From an uncultured Candidatus Entotheonella sp. (GTDB lineage: Bacteria; Tectomicrobia; Entotheonellia; Entotheonellales; Entotheonellaceae), in NCBI GenBank assembly GCA_965217185.1, contig OZ244252.1, positions 1,760,001-1,824,000 of the forward strand: a stretch of DNA of 64,000 nucleotides, written 5' to 3'. A program made the position numbers and the translations under genes. Under the pieces are notes generated by a model. It saw only the letters and a list, made by a program, of their open reading frames with translations. It did no database searches and was not told the DNA's origin. Shown here piece after piece: positions 37,058 to 46,143 of the stretch (its first letter is position 1; every line of letters begins with the position of its first letter).

Positions 37058-37723
37058 ATGGACACCAACAGTTCCCGTCAAGCCCGAAACCGGAACGGGA
37101 ATCCCTTGCCACGCCGCCGCCTGCTGCAAGCGGGTTGCGCGAGCGTGCTGGGATTGACCTTTAGCAGCCCGTTGGCCAACGCCATGTACCACATCGATCC
37201 CCCTGCCGAGCCCGACGCTACTGTCATGGCTCCGACACCAGAATGCCGCGACGGCGACGAACCCACCCCGCGCCAGGGCGCCGGACCGTTCTATACCCCG
37301 GATTCCCCGCAACGCGCCAGTCTGCTCGAACCCGGCTTGCCGGGAACCCCCTTGGTACTCGTCGGACACGTGCTGCAAACCTCGTGTCAGCCTCTCGCCG
37401 GCGTCCTGCTGGATTTCTGGCAAGCCGACGACGGGGGACGCTACGACAACCAGGGCTACACCCTGCGCGGCCACCAGTTCACCGACATCAACGGCCAGTA
37501 CCGTTTGGAAACGATCGTGCCCGGCCTCTATCCCGGCCGCACCCGCCACATCCACGTGCGGGCGCAAGCACCCAACACCCGCGCCATCACCACCCAGCTT
37601 TACTTCCCCGATGTGTCCCAGAATGAACGGGATTTCATTTACGACCCGCTTCTTTTGGTGCGGCCTCTCGAATCGTCTTCTCAGAAGATGAAGGCGCGGT
37701 TTGACTTTGTCCTACACGTTTGA
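37058..37723 (+). CDS. Intradiol ring-cleavage dioxygenase-like protein with Tat-type signal
   Basis: PRRRLLQ signal; GPFY, DFWQADxxGxY, LRGHQFTD, PGLYPGRTRHIH and TQLYFP motifs. Confidence 0.88.
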   Translation: MDTNSSRQARNRNGNPLPRRRLLQAGCASVLGLTFSSPLANAMYHIDPPAEPDATVMAPTPECRDGDEPTPRQGAGPFYTPDSPQRASLLEPGLPGTPLVLVGHVLQTSCQPLAGVLLDFWQADDGGRYDNQGYTLRGHQFTDINGQYRLETIVPGLYPGRTRHIHVRAQAPNTRAITTQLYFPDVSQNERDFIYDPLLLVRPLESSSQKMKARFDFVLHV

Positions 37724-37825
37724 CTCATATAGAGAAAAACGTCTTTAGGGTGCGCCCGCTCGCCTTCAATTATTCCTAAATTTCTCTTCAAGCGTTGCCC
37801 CCCTCCCTCACCTGTCAGAGCTTTA

Positions 37826-37976
37826 GAGTCTGATCCATAAGTCGGTGACATCCTCAAAGCAGGCCGGCTTTCGCCGATTTCCGGAGGGCTGACACCAAAG
37901 GACAGCGCAGAAAGGCGGCTATTTACCTGATATTGGCAAAAAGATGTAATCCGATCCGGACTTATGCATCAGCCTC
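37826..37976. mobile_element. 151-bp MITE (IS5/IS1031-like ends)
   Basis: TIRs GAGTCTGATCCATAAGTC and GACTTATGCATCAGCCTC match at 16 of 18 positions and are flanked on both sides by TTA (37823-25, 37977-79). Too short to encode a transposase. Confidence 0.8.
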
Positions 37977-38136
37977 TTACTGCACAGCATGTACTATAAG
38001 ATGTCCCAGCATTCAGAGCCTTCCTGTTGAACGGGACACCATAAAGTCGTCATAATGGCCTTGCGATACCGTGGAGGGATGGACATTGGATTCAGGCAGC
38101 GGCCTTTCGTTGCCCGCGACTTGGGGGAGGTAAAAG

Positions 38137-39579
38137 ATGTCAGACTGCAACAACAGCAGACCCGTGACCTTCCAATTTCGAAACATCGGACCTATCAAAG
38201 ATGCCGAACTGGAACTTGGCGATCTTACGATCATAGCCGGCCGAAATAACACCGGCAAAACATACATTGTCTACACTCTTTATGGTTTCTTGAAGATGTG
38301 GAGCAATTTCCCCCTCTTGTGGATCATGCAAGACCCAGAACCGCCTCATGAGTATGGTTTCCCCGACTGGGACTCCCTCAGTAAACAACTTATGGACAAC
38401 GGACGAGTCACCTTTCCTCTGAACAACAAAACCCTTGATCGGCAAAGGAAATGGTTAATACCTATCCTTACGCGGGGGTTCTCTGAGCGAACGCTACCCG
38501 AGGTGTTCAGTTCTCAGCACAGCGCCTTCGAGAACGCTTGCATTGAGATAGCATGGAATGCTCAGACGTTCAGCCCTCGTCACTCTACGAAAGCTACGTT
38601 GGCGAGAAACCTTTCGTTTTCTTTCAATTACGACGGAAACGAGGTTGTCATAACGTTGGATGAAATGCCGAGGGCGTTTCCTTCCGATGTCCTATCAGCT
38701 CAACTTGCACAACAATACATTTATTTCCTGCTTGAAACCTTGTTCCCCGAACCGTTCATCCTCTCCGCCGAGCGCTTTGGCATTTCCCTATTTTACAGGG
38801 AACTTGACTTTACGAAGAATCAGTTGGTTGATCTTTTGCAGAAAATGGGCGATGACAAGAATCGGGATAAAGTCTCTCCCTACTTCTTCATCGACAAGGC
38901 CACCAGCCGTTATGCGCTGCCAATAAAGGACAATATCGACTATACCCGCAGCATTCCTGAACGAAGAGGAGAAAAAAGCGAATTCCAAGCCGACAAGCTG
39001 GTCAACAGCATCAAAGACATGATGGACGGTTACTACCGAGCGTCTGGTGACGATTTACGTTTTATATCGAAAGCCCGCGGCAAGGGGCGCAGCTTCAACA
39101 TTCCTCTGCATCTTGCGTCCTCTTCGGCTCGTGGATTGTCTGATCTTTACTTCTTCCTGCGGCATGCAGCAAAACTGGGAGGGCTCCTAATCATCGACGA
39201 GCCTGAGAGCCATCTCGACACCGCCAACCAGATATTTCTGGCACGCCTGCTGGCACGGTTCGTGCGCGCTGGACTCAAAGTTCTGATCACGACCCACAGC
39301 GACTACATTATCAAAGAAGTAAACAATCTCTTGATGTTGAGTCAACCTTTCCCCGACAAAACGGCAGTTGCGAGGAGGCTTGGCTACAGTACGGATGAGT
39401 GGATTTCCCCAGAATCGGTCCGGGCGTACGTGGCGAGGGATGGCGGCCTGACGCGTTGCATAGTGGATTCTCTTGGCATCGACATGCCTGTTTTCGATGA
39501 AACGATAGATCATATCAACAGAGTAGCTAACGAATTGGCTGCGTACGCTTCACCTTCGGAACCAAATCAGGAGGAATGA
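38137..39579 (+). CDS. ABC-type ATPase (AAA_15/AAA_21 family)
   Basis: FRNIGPI, Walker A GRNNTGKT, signature-like LASSSARG, Walker B IIDEPESHLD and H-loop ITTHS; lower GC than the flanks. Confidence 0.9.
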   Translation: MSDCNNSRPVTFQFRNIGPIKDAELELGDLTIIAGRNNTGKTYIVYTLYGFLKMWSNFPLLWIMQDPEPPHEYGFPDWDSLSKQLMDNGRVTFPLNNKTLDRQRKWLIPILTRGFSERTLPEVFSSQHSAFENACIEIAWNAQTFSPRHSTKATLARNLSFSFNYDGNEVVITLDEMPRAFPSDVLSAQLAQQYIYFLLETLFPEPFILSAERFGISLFYRELDFTKNQLVDLLQKMGDDKNRDKVSPYFFIDKATSRYALPIKDNIDYTRSIPERRGEKSEFQADKLVNSIKDMMDGYYRASGDDLRFISKARGKGRSFNIPLHLASSSARGLSDLYFFLRHAAKLGGLLIIDEPESHLDTANQIFLARLLARFVRAGLKVLITTHSDYIIKEVNNLLMLSQPFPDKTAVARRLGYSTDEWISPESVRAYVARDGGLTRCIVDSLGIDMPVFDETIDHINRVANELAAYASPSEPNQEE

Positions 39580-39580
39580 A

Positions 39581-40132
39581 TTGGATCTGGCGTTACGGCT
39601 CAGGGAGGTTCTGGAGAAGCAGGTTCTCGTGCGGCAAGAAGCGGGTGAGGCGAGACTCCTAGAAAAAGACGTTATGGAGGTCAAAGTTATTCATATTCCG
39701 GGCGATTCAACTGTGGTCGACGTTCGCAAGATGGGCCAGTTGAGGTTGAAGGGACTCAAGGCGGGTGTCTGTGGCAAAAGATGCGACTATTTGGTGGTGA
39801 CTGGCGAAAAAGAAATGGACCGCGCCGTGTTCGTTGAGCTGAAGAAAACACTCTACGACAACTTGTCCGGCGGCATGGAGCAGTTGCGCCAATCGCGACC
39901 ACTCCTAGACTATCTGCATTCTGTGTGTCGAGTTCATTTTGGTGCCAGTTCCCCAGAGACAGAGATCACAGTTCGGTACTGTATGATCGGTGAGAAGGTC
40001 AATACGAGATTCAGCAAGGAACCTATGAGGCCCCGTCGCCCCTGGCGAGTGGAAACGCATCGGGACATCAGAGTAGCAGCTATTGTCGCCAAGAGATTGG
40101 TCCGGTTCGATGAACTATGGTCTGGTGTGTAG
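39581..40132 (+). CDS. Hypothetical protein with PD-(D/E)xK-like motif, partner of the ATPase
   Basis: TTG start 1 nt after the ATPase stop, with a GGAGG RBS; KRCDYLVV...AVFVELKK...MEQL. Confidence 0.72.
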   Translation: MDLALRLREVLEKQVLVRQEAGEARLLEKDVMEVKVIHIPGDSTVVDVRKMGQLRLKGLKAGVCGKRCDYLVVTGEKEMDRAVFVELKKTLYDNLSGGMEQLRQSRPLLDYLHSVCRVHFGASSPETEITVRYCMIGEKVNTRFSKEPMRPRRPWRVETHRDIRVAAIVAKRLVRFDELWSGV

Positions 40133-41054
40133 AGAACAGAGACGTCTGTCTGCTGGCCGTATTATCGTCAGTCAGATAATCAATCCACGGCATCCAAAAC
40201 AGATAAAGCCCCAGGTAGGCAAAAAAGAATTCCTGGTACAACAGCAGCACATTACCGACTTGGAACAGAAACAGCACCGGGATCAGCCATCGCCGCGCGC
40301 GGCGTGAGAAAAGCGCTGCCGGGGCACTGAGTTCCACCGCGATCACCACAGCTGCAAGCAGCCTGCACAGGCCGGGGCGTACGATCAGCCAATCCGCCAG
40401 CAGGTGGCTCCAGGCCGCCGCCCCTTCCGACCTGAACACGTACTGGTTCTCCAGAAAATAATTCCGCAGCGTATCGGATAGGACCCACTCAAGCCCCGCC
40501 TGCCGCAGTTTCGCCAGTCCTGCCGCCAGAAAGACCGTCACGAAAACCAGCCGCACCAACTGGACCGGCCAACGGTATTGACCACCCGTTTTCGCGGTCT
40601 TGCCCGTGGCGGCCCAGCGGATGAGGGCGTCCAGCGACAGCGCGTCGCCGCACGGCGCCAGTGCTAGGATGCCCATGACGATGGGAACGATGGCGTGCGC
40701 CCAATGCAGATAGCCGTAGTTGAACTGCAAGCCGAGGACGTGCAGGCCGAGCACGAAGGCCGTGAGCGTCGCCAACCGGGTCATCAGGCCCAGGGCGGCG
40801 AGAATGACGCTGATCTCGAACGCCGTAACCAGCCATCCCATGACGTCCCAACTCGGCAGCGGCAAGGACAGCCAAGCAAAAGAGCTGCGGGGCTGGTAAA
40901 ACTCGGGCGGGAACAGGGCGTACCACCGCAGGTCGGTGCGGACGAGAAACAGGATGTAGAAGGACGTAAAGAAGCCGGCGCGGCAGAGTCCCAGCGGCCA
41001 TGGCGCGGCGGGCGCGAACCAGAAGGCGTTCCAGGCCGCGGCAAGGGCGTTCAT
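40080..41054 (-). CDS. HTTM-domain (VKD carboxylase-like/SdpB-like) membrane protein
   Basis: PLGLCR, LAALGLMTR, GYLHWAH, GDALSLDA, WPVQLVR...FLAAGLAKL...GLEW and VELSAP motifs. Confidence 0.78.
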   Translation of the reverse strand: MNALAAAWNAFWFAPAAPWPLGLCRAGFFTSFYILFLVRTDLRWYALFPPEFYQPRSSFAWLSLPLPSWDVMGWLVTAFEISVILAALGLMTRLATLTAFVLGLHVLGLQFNYGYLHWAHAIVPIVMGILALAPCGDALSLDALIRWAATGKTAKTGGQYRWPVQLVRLVFVTVFLAAGLAKLRQAGLEWVLSDTLRNYFLENQYVFRSEGAAAWSHLLADWLIVRPGLCRLLAAVVIAVELSAPAALFSRRARRWLIPVLFLFQVGNVLLLYQEFFFAYLGLYLFWMPWIDYLTDDNTASRQTSLFSTHQTIVHRTGPISWRQ

Positions 41055-41578
41055 CGCATGTTTACAGGCAAGGGCACGGAATGCAGGAGGGTGCGGGAAT
41101 TGGGGCTGTCGTAATTGGGGGCGCCCGGCTGGGCCGTCCAGCGCACGCGGTAGACCTCGATCCGGTCTAGCGGCGGCCCGTCGTGCTCGCCAAGGCGGCG
41201 TTGGGTTTCGTAGGCGTCCAACAAACCGGCCAGGGCTCGGCGGGCCGGCGTCGGGTCCACCTCGCCGAGCACGTCCAGGCTGTAAAGAGACCGCAGCAGC
41301 TCACTATACGCAAACGGCACGATGTAAGCCTCTTTGTCCAGCCGCAGCACGGTACCATCCAGCGTTCGGCCCACCAACTCCAGCCAATCGACCTCCAGAG
41401 TCGGCTTGCTGTCGGCGTACATGCGGTAATCCAGGAAGGGCCACGCCTCGCCGCCCACAAGGGCGACCAGCACCGACGGCAACCCGAAGGCCAGCATGGC
41501 AACGTAGGCCGCCAGCCGTTGGCGCCGGCGCATGGGGCGACCGTCACTTTTCACCGCGTATCGCCCCATTGATCCCAA
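41051..41578 (-). CDS. Membrane-anchored partner of the HTTM protein
   Basis: Single N-terminal TM then EAWPFLDYRMYA; ATGA overlap with the HTTM gene; start uncertain. Confidence 0.7.
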   Translation of the reverse strand: MGSMGRYAVKSDGRPMRRRQRLAAYVAMLAFGLPSVLVALVGGEAWPFLDYRMYADSKPTLEVDWLELVGRTLDGTVLRLDKEAYIVPFAYSELLRSLYSLDVLGEVDPTPARRALAGLLDAYETQRRLGEHDGPPLDRIEVYRVRWTAQPGAPNYDSPNSRTLLHSVPLPVNMR

Positions 41579-42180
41579 TACGTCCGCTGCCGCGCCGGGA
41601 TGCGCCGAGCGGGCTTGAAATCGTCGCCGGTGTAATAGGCCACCGGCAACAGCACGGCCTGCACGATGTTGTCAGGAACACCCAGCAGCGCTGCCACCTC
41701 CTGCTCGTAGCGAAGGTGCAGCGTCGTCCACGCCGAGCCCAGCCCGCGCGCCCGCAGTGCCAGCATGAGCGACCACACGGCCGGCAGAATGCTGGCAAAG
41801 ACGCCCGGCCCAGCCCCCGCCGGCGCCGGGCCGGAGGACTCGACACACGCCACGACCAGCACCGGTGCGTTGTGCATCTGTTCGGCGAGATAGGTGGCCG
41901 AGCTGATGAGGCCGGGGTCCGTCCGGCTAGCCTCCGCCTGCCGCTCCGGCGTGTACACCTCCAGATACGCGCGTTTATAGATTGCGGACAACTCGGCCCG
42001 CTTTGCCTCGTCGGTGATCACCACGAAATGATACCGCTGAATGTTGCCGCCGGTCGGCGCCTGAATGGCAATCTCAAGGCATTCCTGGAGGATTTCCGGC
42101 GGCACCGGACGGCTGAAGTCGAGCCGCTTGCGCACCGTTCGCGTGGTGGTGAGCAGTTTGTCTACCGTGGCGAGGTCCAT
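41551..42180 (-). CDS. Nitroreductase family protein
   Basis: LLTTTRTVRKRLD, QAPTGGN, SILPAVWSLMLALRARGLGSAWTT and PARR motifs. Confidence 0.92.
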   Translation of the reverse strand: MDLATVDKLLTTTRTVRKRLDFSRPVPPEILQECLEIAIQAPTGGNIQRYHFVVITDEAKRAELSAIYKRAYLEVYTPERQAEASRTDPGLISSATYLAEQMHNAPVLVVACVESSGPAPAGAGPGVFASILPAVWSLMLALRARGLGSAWTTLHLRYEQEVAALLGVPDNIVQAVLLPVAYYTGDDFKPARRIPARQRTYWDQWGDTR

Positions 42181-42312
42181 ACTTGGCAACTCCTTTTCCT
42201 GTGTTGTGCTTTTTGAGTCCGCGTCACTTAGCTGAAAACCCGCCGCAGAGTTAACCCGGGATCAGGGAATTCCGGCTGCCGCCGGATTGGCCGATTCGGG
42301 AGTTAACGGAGA

Positions 42313-43377
42313 TCACTGCACGTCATCCGGCCTCACGGGCCGCTCCGTACGGGCCGCCTCATAAATGGCGAGCGCGATCTGCAGGATGGTTTTCGAGGTT
42401 GGCGCGTCGAGGCGCGGCTGGCGACCGGCAAGCAGGCTGTCGATGAAGTCCGCCGCAGCGCCATCGAAACTCAGCCGCCAATCCATCGGCACCTGATAGC
42501 TCTGCGTTTCGGCGCCCTTGAACACCATGACGGGCGGCAGATCGTACATCTCCCCCGAGCAGCGCGTCACCCACATGACGCCGTGCGAGCCGTGAATCTC
42601 GAAGAACTCGTCCACCGCCACGTACTTGCCCCGCATGACCATGTGGGGCGACGCCGTGTAGTCCAGCACCCCCAGGCAATTGCGGCCCTTGAACGACCAG
42701 ATGGCGGCACTCGGCGCCTCCATCATGAAGGCGTCGCTGCGGTTCACCATGCTCATGATGCGCTCGATCTCGCCGATCCAGTACAGCGCCACGGCGTATT
42801 TGTGCACGCCGTCGTCGTACAGCAGACCGCCGGGATTCAGCGCCTCGTCCCGGCGCCACACCACCGCCTCCGGGTCACGTTCGATGGCCGGTTCGGCGAT
42901 GTCCTCCACCCGCGTGGTATGCAGGCGCACCAAGGACGGCTCCCCGATGACGCCCGAGTCCAGGAGTTCCTTGGCCTTCACGATCGGCGGGTAATAGAGG
43001 AAATTCTCGGTGATGCGGAAGGTCGTGCCGGCCTGCGCGGCGGCGGCGATGATGCGGTCCGCCTCGGGCACCGTGGCGCACATGGGTTTCTGGCACGAAA
43101 CGTGTTTGCCGGCCTGCAGCGCGGCGAGGATCTGATCGACGTGCAGGAAGGTCGGGGTCAGCAATTCAACCGCATCGACGGCCGGATCGTTGAGCACCTG
43201 CTCGTAGTCGGTGTAGATCGCCGGCGCGATGCCCCACTGCCGGGCGCGGTGCTCGGCCTTGCCGCGAACGGTGTCGCACAGGGCCACAACCTCGCACTTG
43301 GGATGCTGCAGGTAACCCGGCGCGTTGAGCTGCGAGATGTTGCCGCACCCGACGATTGCCAAACGGACTTTATCCAT
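42313..43377 (-). CDS. Gfo/Idh/MocA family oxidoreductase
   Basis: IVGCGNI, AGKHVSCQKP and DDGVH motifs. Confidence 0.92.
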   Translation of the reverse strand: MDKVRLAIVGCGNISQLNAPGYLQHPKCEVVALCDTVRGKAEHRARQWGIAPAIYTDYEQVLNDPAVDAVELLTPTFLHVDQILAALQAGKHVSCQKPMCATVPEADRIIAAAAQAGTTFRITENFLYYPPIVKAKELLDSGVIGEPSLVRLHTTRVEDIAEPAIERDPEAVVWRRDEALNPGGLLYDDGVHKYAVALYWIGEIERIMSMVNRSDAFMMEAPSAAIWSFKGRNCLGVLDYTASPHMVMRGKYVAVDEFFEIHGSHGVMWVTRCSGEMYDLPPVMVFKGAETQSYQVPMDWRLSFDGAAADFIDSLLAGRQPRLDAPTSKTILQIALAIYEAARTERPVRPDDVQ

Positions 43378-43512
43378 GTTGATGGGCTCCCCGATTGATG
43401 CGCATAGCTTGCGAAAACGGTGCCCATGCTACCCAGGAAACCCGGCCGGCGCAATTCTTCGTCGGATTACGCGGCGCTAATCCGACCTACATTGAAGCCC
43501 CCGTCTGCTTGC

Positions 43513-45000
43513 TCAACTCCGCCGCACGATTCGCATCATGACGACAAGACAGCCGATCACAATGGACAGATACAGCAATAGCGCGAAGCAATCGTTGAAG
43601 GCGTGCAGCAGCGCCTCGCGGCGCACGAACCCGGCCAGCGTGCCGCGCGCGTACAGGTCCATGAACTGGCTGCCGAGCCGGTCCCACACGCCCGCGAAAG
43701 CGTCGAGCGCGTGTTGCGTGCCGACGGCGGCGTGGGTCTGCGTTTCTGCGAAGCGCGCCTGGTGAATCGTCTGCCAGCGCTGCAGCATCGTGCTCAGCAG
43801 CGAAATGCCGAACGTGCCGCCGAGCACCAGGCTGAGGCTGAGCAGGCTGGAGGCCATGCGCGCCCGCTGTGTCGTCAGCCCGCTGGTTGCGGTGGCGAAC
43901 ACCGGCGCGTTCAGGAATCCCAGGCCGATGCTACGCCAAATGTAGGCCCAGGTGAAATAGCCGAGCGTGACGCGCCCATCCGCGGTCAGCATGAGGTAGC
44001 AGAAGAACCCGAACGCCGCCGCCCCGATTGCCATGGGAATCCGCGGGTCGATACGGTCGACAAGCCAGCCGGCGACCAGCGCGCAGATGATCATGGCGGC
44101 GGCGCCCGGTGTCAGCGCCAGGGCCGACTGCTGCACGGAATAATCCAGGCCAAGCTGCATGAACAGCACGGTCAGAAAACTGCTGGAGTAGAAGAACACA
44201 CCAAGGATGAAGGCAGCACAGGTGCCGCTATTGTAGAGCAGGCGGCGGTACAGGTCGAGATCGAGAAGCGGGATATCGATGCGGCCTTCGATGAACAAAA
44301 ACAGGCACGCAGCGACGCCGCAGATCGTCAGCAGGCTGAGAATGAACGTCGAATCCCAACCCTCCTGCTGAACCTGGCTGAGGGCCACCAGCAGGCTCAC
44401 CAAGGCGGCGCTCAGGGTGACGAAGCCCCAGCCGTCGAACGGCACTTCATCCTCCCGCGCCGAGGGCCTTATCAGCAGCAAAGTTCCCAAAACGGCGAGG
44501 CTGCCGGGCACCAGGTTCAGGTAGAAAACCGTGCGCCACTCCACGGCGTCGGCGACGAACCCGGCGATGGGCAGGCCAAACAGATTGCCCAGCGAGGCCC
44601 CGGTTGCCCACAGGGAGGTGCCCAGGCCGCGTTGGCGCGGCGGCGTGACCTCCAGCATGAGCGCCAGGGAAATCGGCATCAGCACGGCAGCACCGACGCC
44701 TTGCAGAATGCGCACCAGGATGAGGATTTCGATGCTCGGCGCGGCGCCGCACAAGGCGGAGGCGCTGATGAAGATAGCGACGCCGAGCGCGTAAAGGCGC
44801 TGGTTGCCCAGCCGGCGGCCGACCCAGCCGAGAGTCGGCATGGTGACCGCGGTGGCAATCAGGTAGGCGGTCATCACCCACCGGGCCGTCAGCACGTCCG
44901 CCCCCAGGCCGCTCATGATGCGCGGCAGGGTGACGTTCACCACGTTGATGTCGAGGATATTGATGAAGGGGCCGAGCATGCAGGACATCATCACGCCCAC
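43513..45000 (-). CDS. DHA2 (EmrB/QacA) MFS efflux permease; true start probably upstream of 45000
   Basis: ILDINVVNVTLP, WVMTAYL, RILQGVG, WRTVFYLNLVPG and AFNDCF motifs. Confidence 0.9.
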   Translation of the reverse strand: MGVMMSCMLGPFINILDINVVNVTLPRIMSGLGADVLTARWVMTAYLIATAVTMPTLGWVGRRLGNQRLYALGVAIFISASALCGAAPSIEILILVRILQGVGAAVLMPISLALMLEVTPPRQRGLGTSLWATGASLGNLFGLPIAGFVADAVEWRTVFYLNLVPGSLAVLGTLLLIRPSAREDEVPFDGWGFVTLSAALVSLLVALSQVQQEGWDSTFILSLLTICGVAACLFLFIEGRIDIPLLDLDLYRRLLYNSGTCAAFILGVFFYSSSFLTVLFMQLGLDYSVQQSALALTPGAAAMIICALVAGWLVDRIDPRIPMAIGAAAFGFFCYLMLTADGRVTLGYFTWAYIWRSIGLGFLNAPVFATATSGLTTQRARMASSLLSLSLVLGGTFGISLLSTMLQRWQTIHQARFAETQTHAAVGTQHALDAFAGVWDRLGSQFMDLYARGTLAGFVRREALLHAFNDCFALLLYLSIVIGCLVVMMRIVRRS

Positions 45001-45320
45001 GACGACAAGGGAGCGAGGAGCCGCGGGCGCGGCATCGACAGCGGACTGTTGGATGACGGGTTCCTCTTGCTTGACTTGGGGGGCTGTGAGGTCGGCGCGA
45101 GCTGTAGACGCAGCAATCCTAACCGCCCCTCACCTGCATCGCAAGGTAGCCCACGTTATGTTGTTCTCTTGGTTTGACTGAGCGGCGAACGCCGCAAGCG
45201 GTTATAATTTTTTCGCAGCGCGCACCGCAAGCACGGGCCGAAAAAGAATCTGCCTCCCCCGCAATGCGCGCACTCGACAACCCAACACACACGACGCATC
45301 TCGAACAAGGAGCGCAATAC

Positions 45321-46109
45321 GTGGATCTCGAACTGAACGGCAAGGTCGCCCTTGTCACCGGCGGCAGCAAGGGGATTGGCAAGGCCATCGCCATGGAACT
45401 GGCCAAGGAAGGCGTCGACATCGCCATTGCCGCCCGCTCGCAGGGCCCGCTGGATGAGGCCGCCGAAGAGTTGCGGGCCACCGGCAGGCGCGTCGTGGCC
45501 GTCGCCGCCGACATGATGAAGTGGGACGACGTGCAGAACATGGTGGACACCACCGTTGCCCAACTGGGCAGGATCGACATTCTGATCAACAACGCCGCCA
45601 TGGTGGGCGGCCAGGTGCGCGGCACCCTCGCCGAGGCCACCGAAAAGGACATGATCGAAGACCTGGACACCAAGGTGGTGGGCTACTTCCGCTGCATGAA
45701 GGCGGTGGTGCCGCACATGCAACGCCAGGGCTGGGGGCGCATCATCAGCATCGGCGGCGTTTCGGCGCGCCAGTCCACCATCTACGGCCTGCGCAACGCC
45801 GCGGTGGTGCACATGACCAAGACCTTCTCCGACCAGCTCGGCGGCGACGGCATCACGCTGAACGTCGTGCATCCCGGCCTGACGCTGTCGGAAACCGTCA
45901 GCACCATGCTCGACAAACGCGCCGAAAACCAGGGCGTGTCGCGCGCCGACATCGAGAATGAGTCATCCCAACGGGTCGCCATCCGACGCCCCATCGACCC
46001 GCAGGAACTGGCCTGGGTGGTGGCGTTCCTGTCGTCTCCGAAGGCACATTGCGTCACCGGCGAAGTGATCGCCGCCGGCGGCGGCGCTATGGGGGCGGTG
46101 TTTCAATAA
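45321..46109 (+). CDS. Short-chain dehydrogenase/reductase
   Basis: TGGSKGIG, IDILINNA and VHPG motifs; atypical YGLRN at the YxxxK position; AAGGAG RBS. Confidence 0.9.
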   Translation: MDLELNGKVALVTGGSKGIGKAIAMELAKEGVDIAIAARSQGPLDEAAEELRATGRRVVAVAADMMKWDDVQNMVDTTVAQLGRIDILINNAAMVGGQVRGTLAEATEKDMIEDLDTKVVGYFRCMKAVVPHMQRQGWGRIISIGGVSARQSTIYGLRNAAVVHMTKTFSDQLGGDGITLNVVHPGLTLSETVSTMLDKRAENQGVSRADIENESSQRVAIRRPIDPQELAWVVAFLSSPKAHCVTGEVIAAGGGAMGAVFQ

Positions 46110-46143
46110 TGGTCAGGAACGCGGTGTCAACGGAGGAAGCGGT

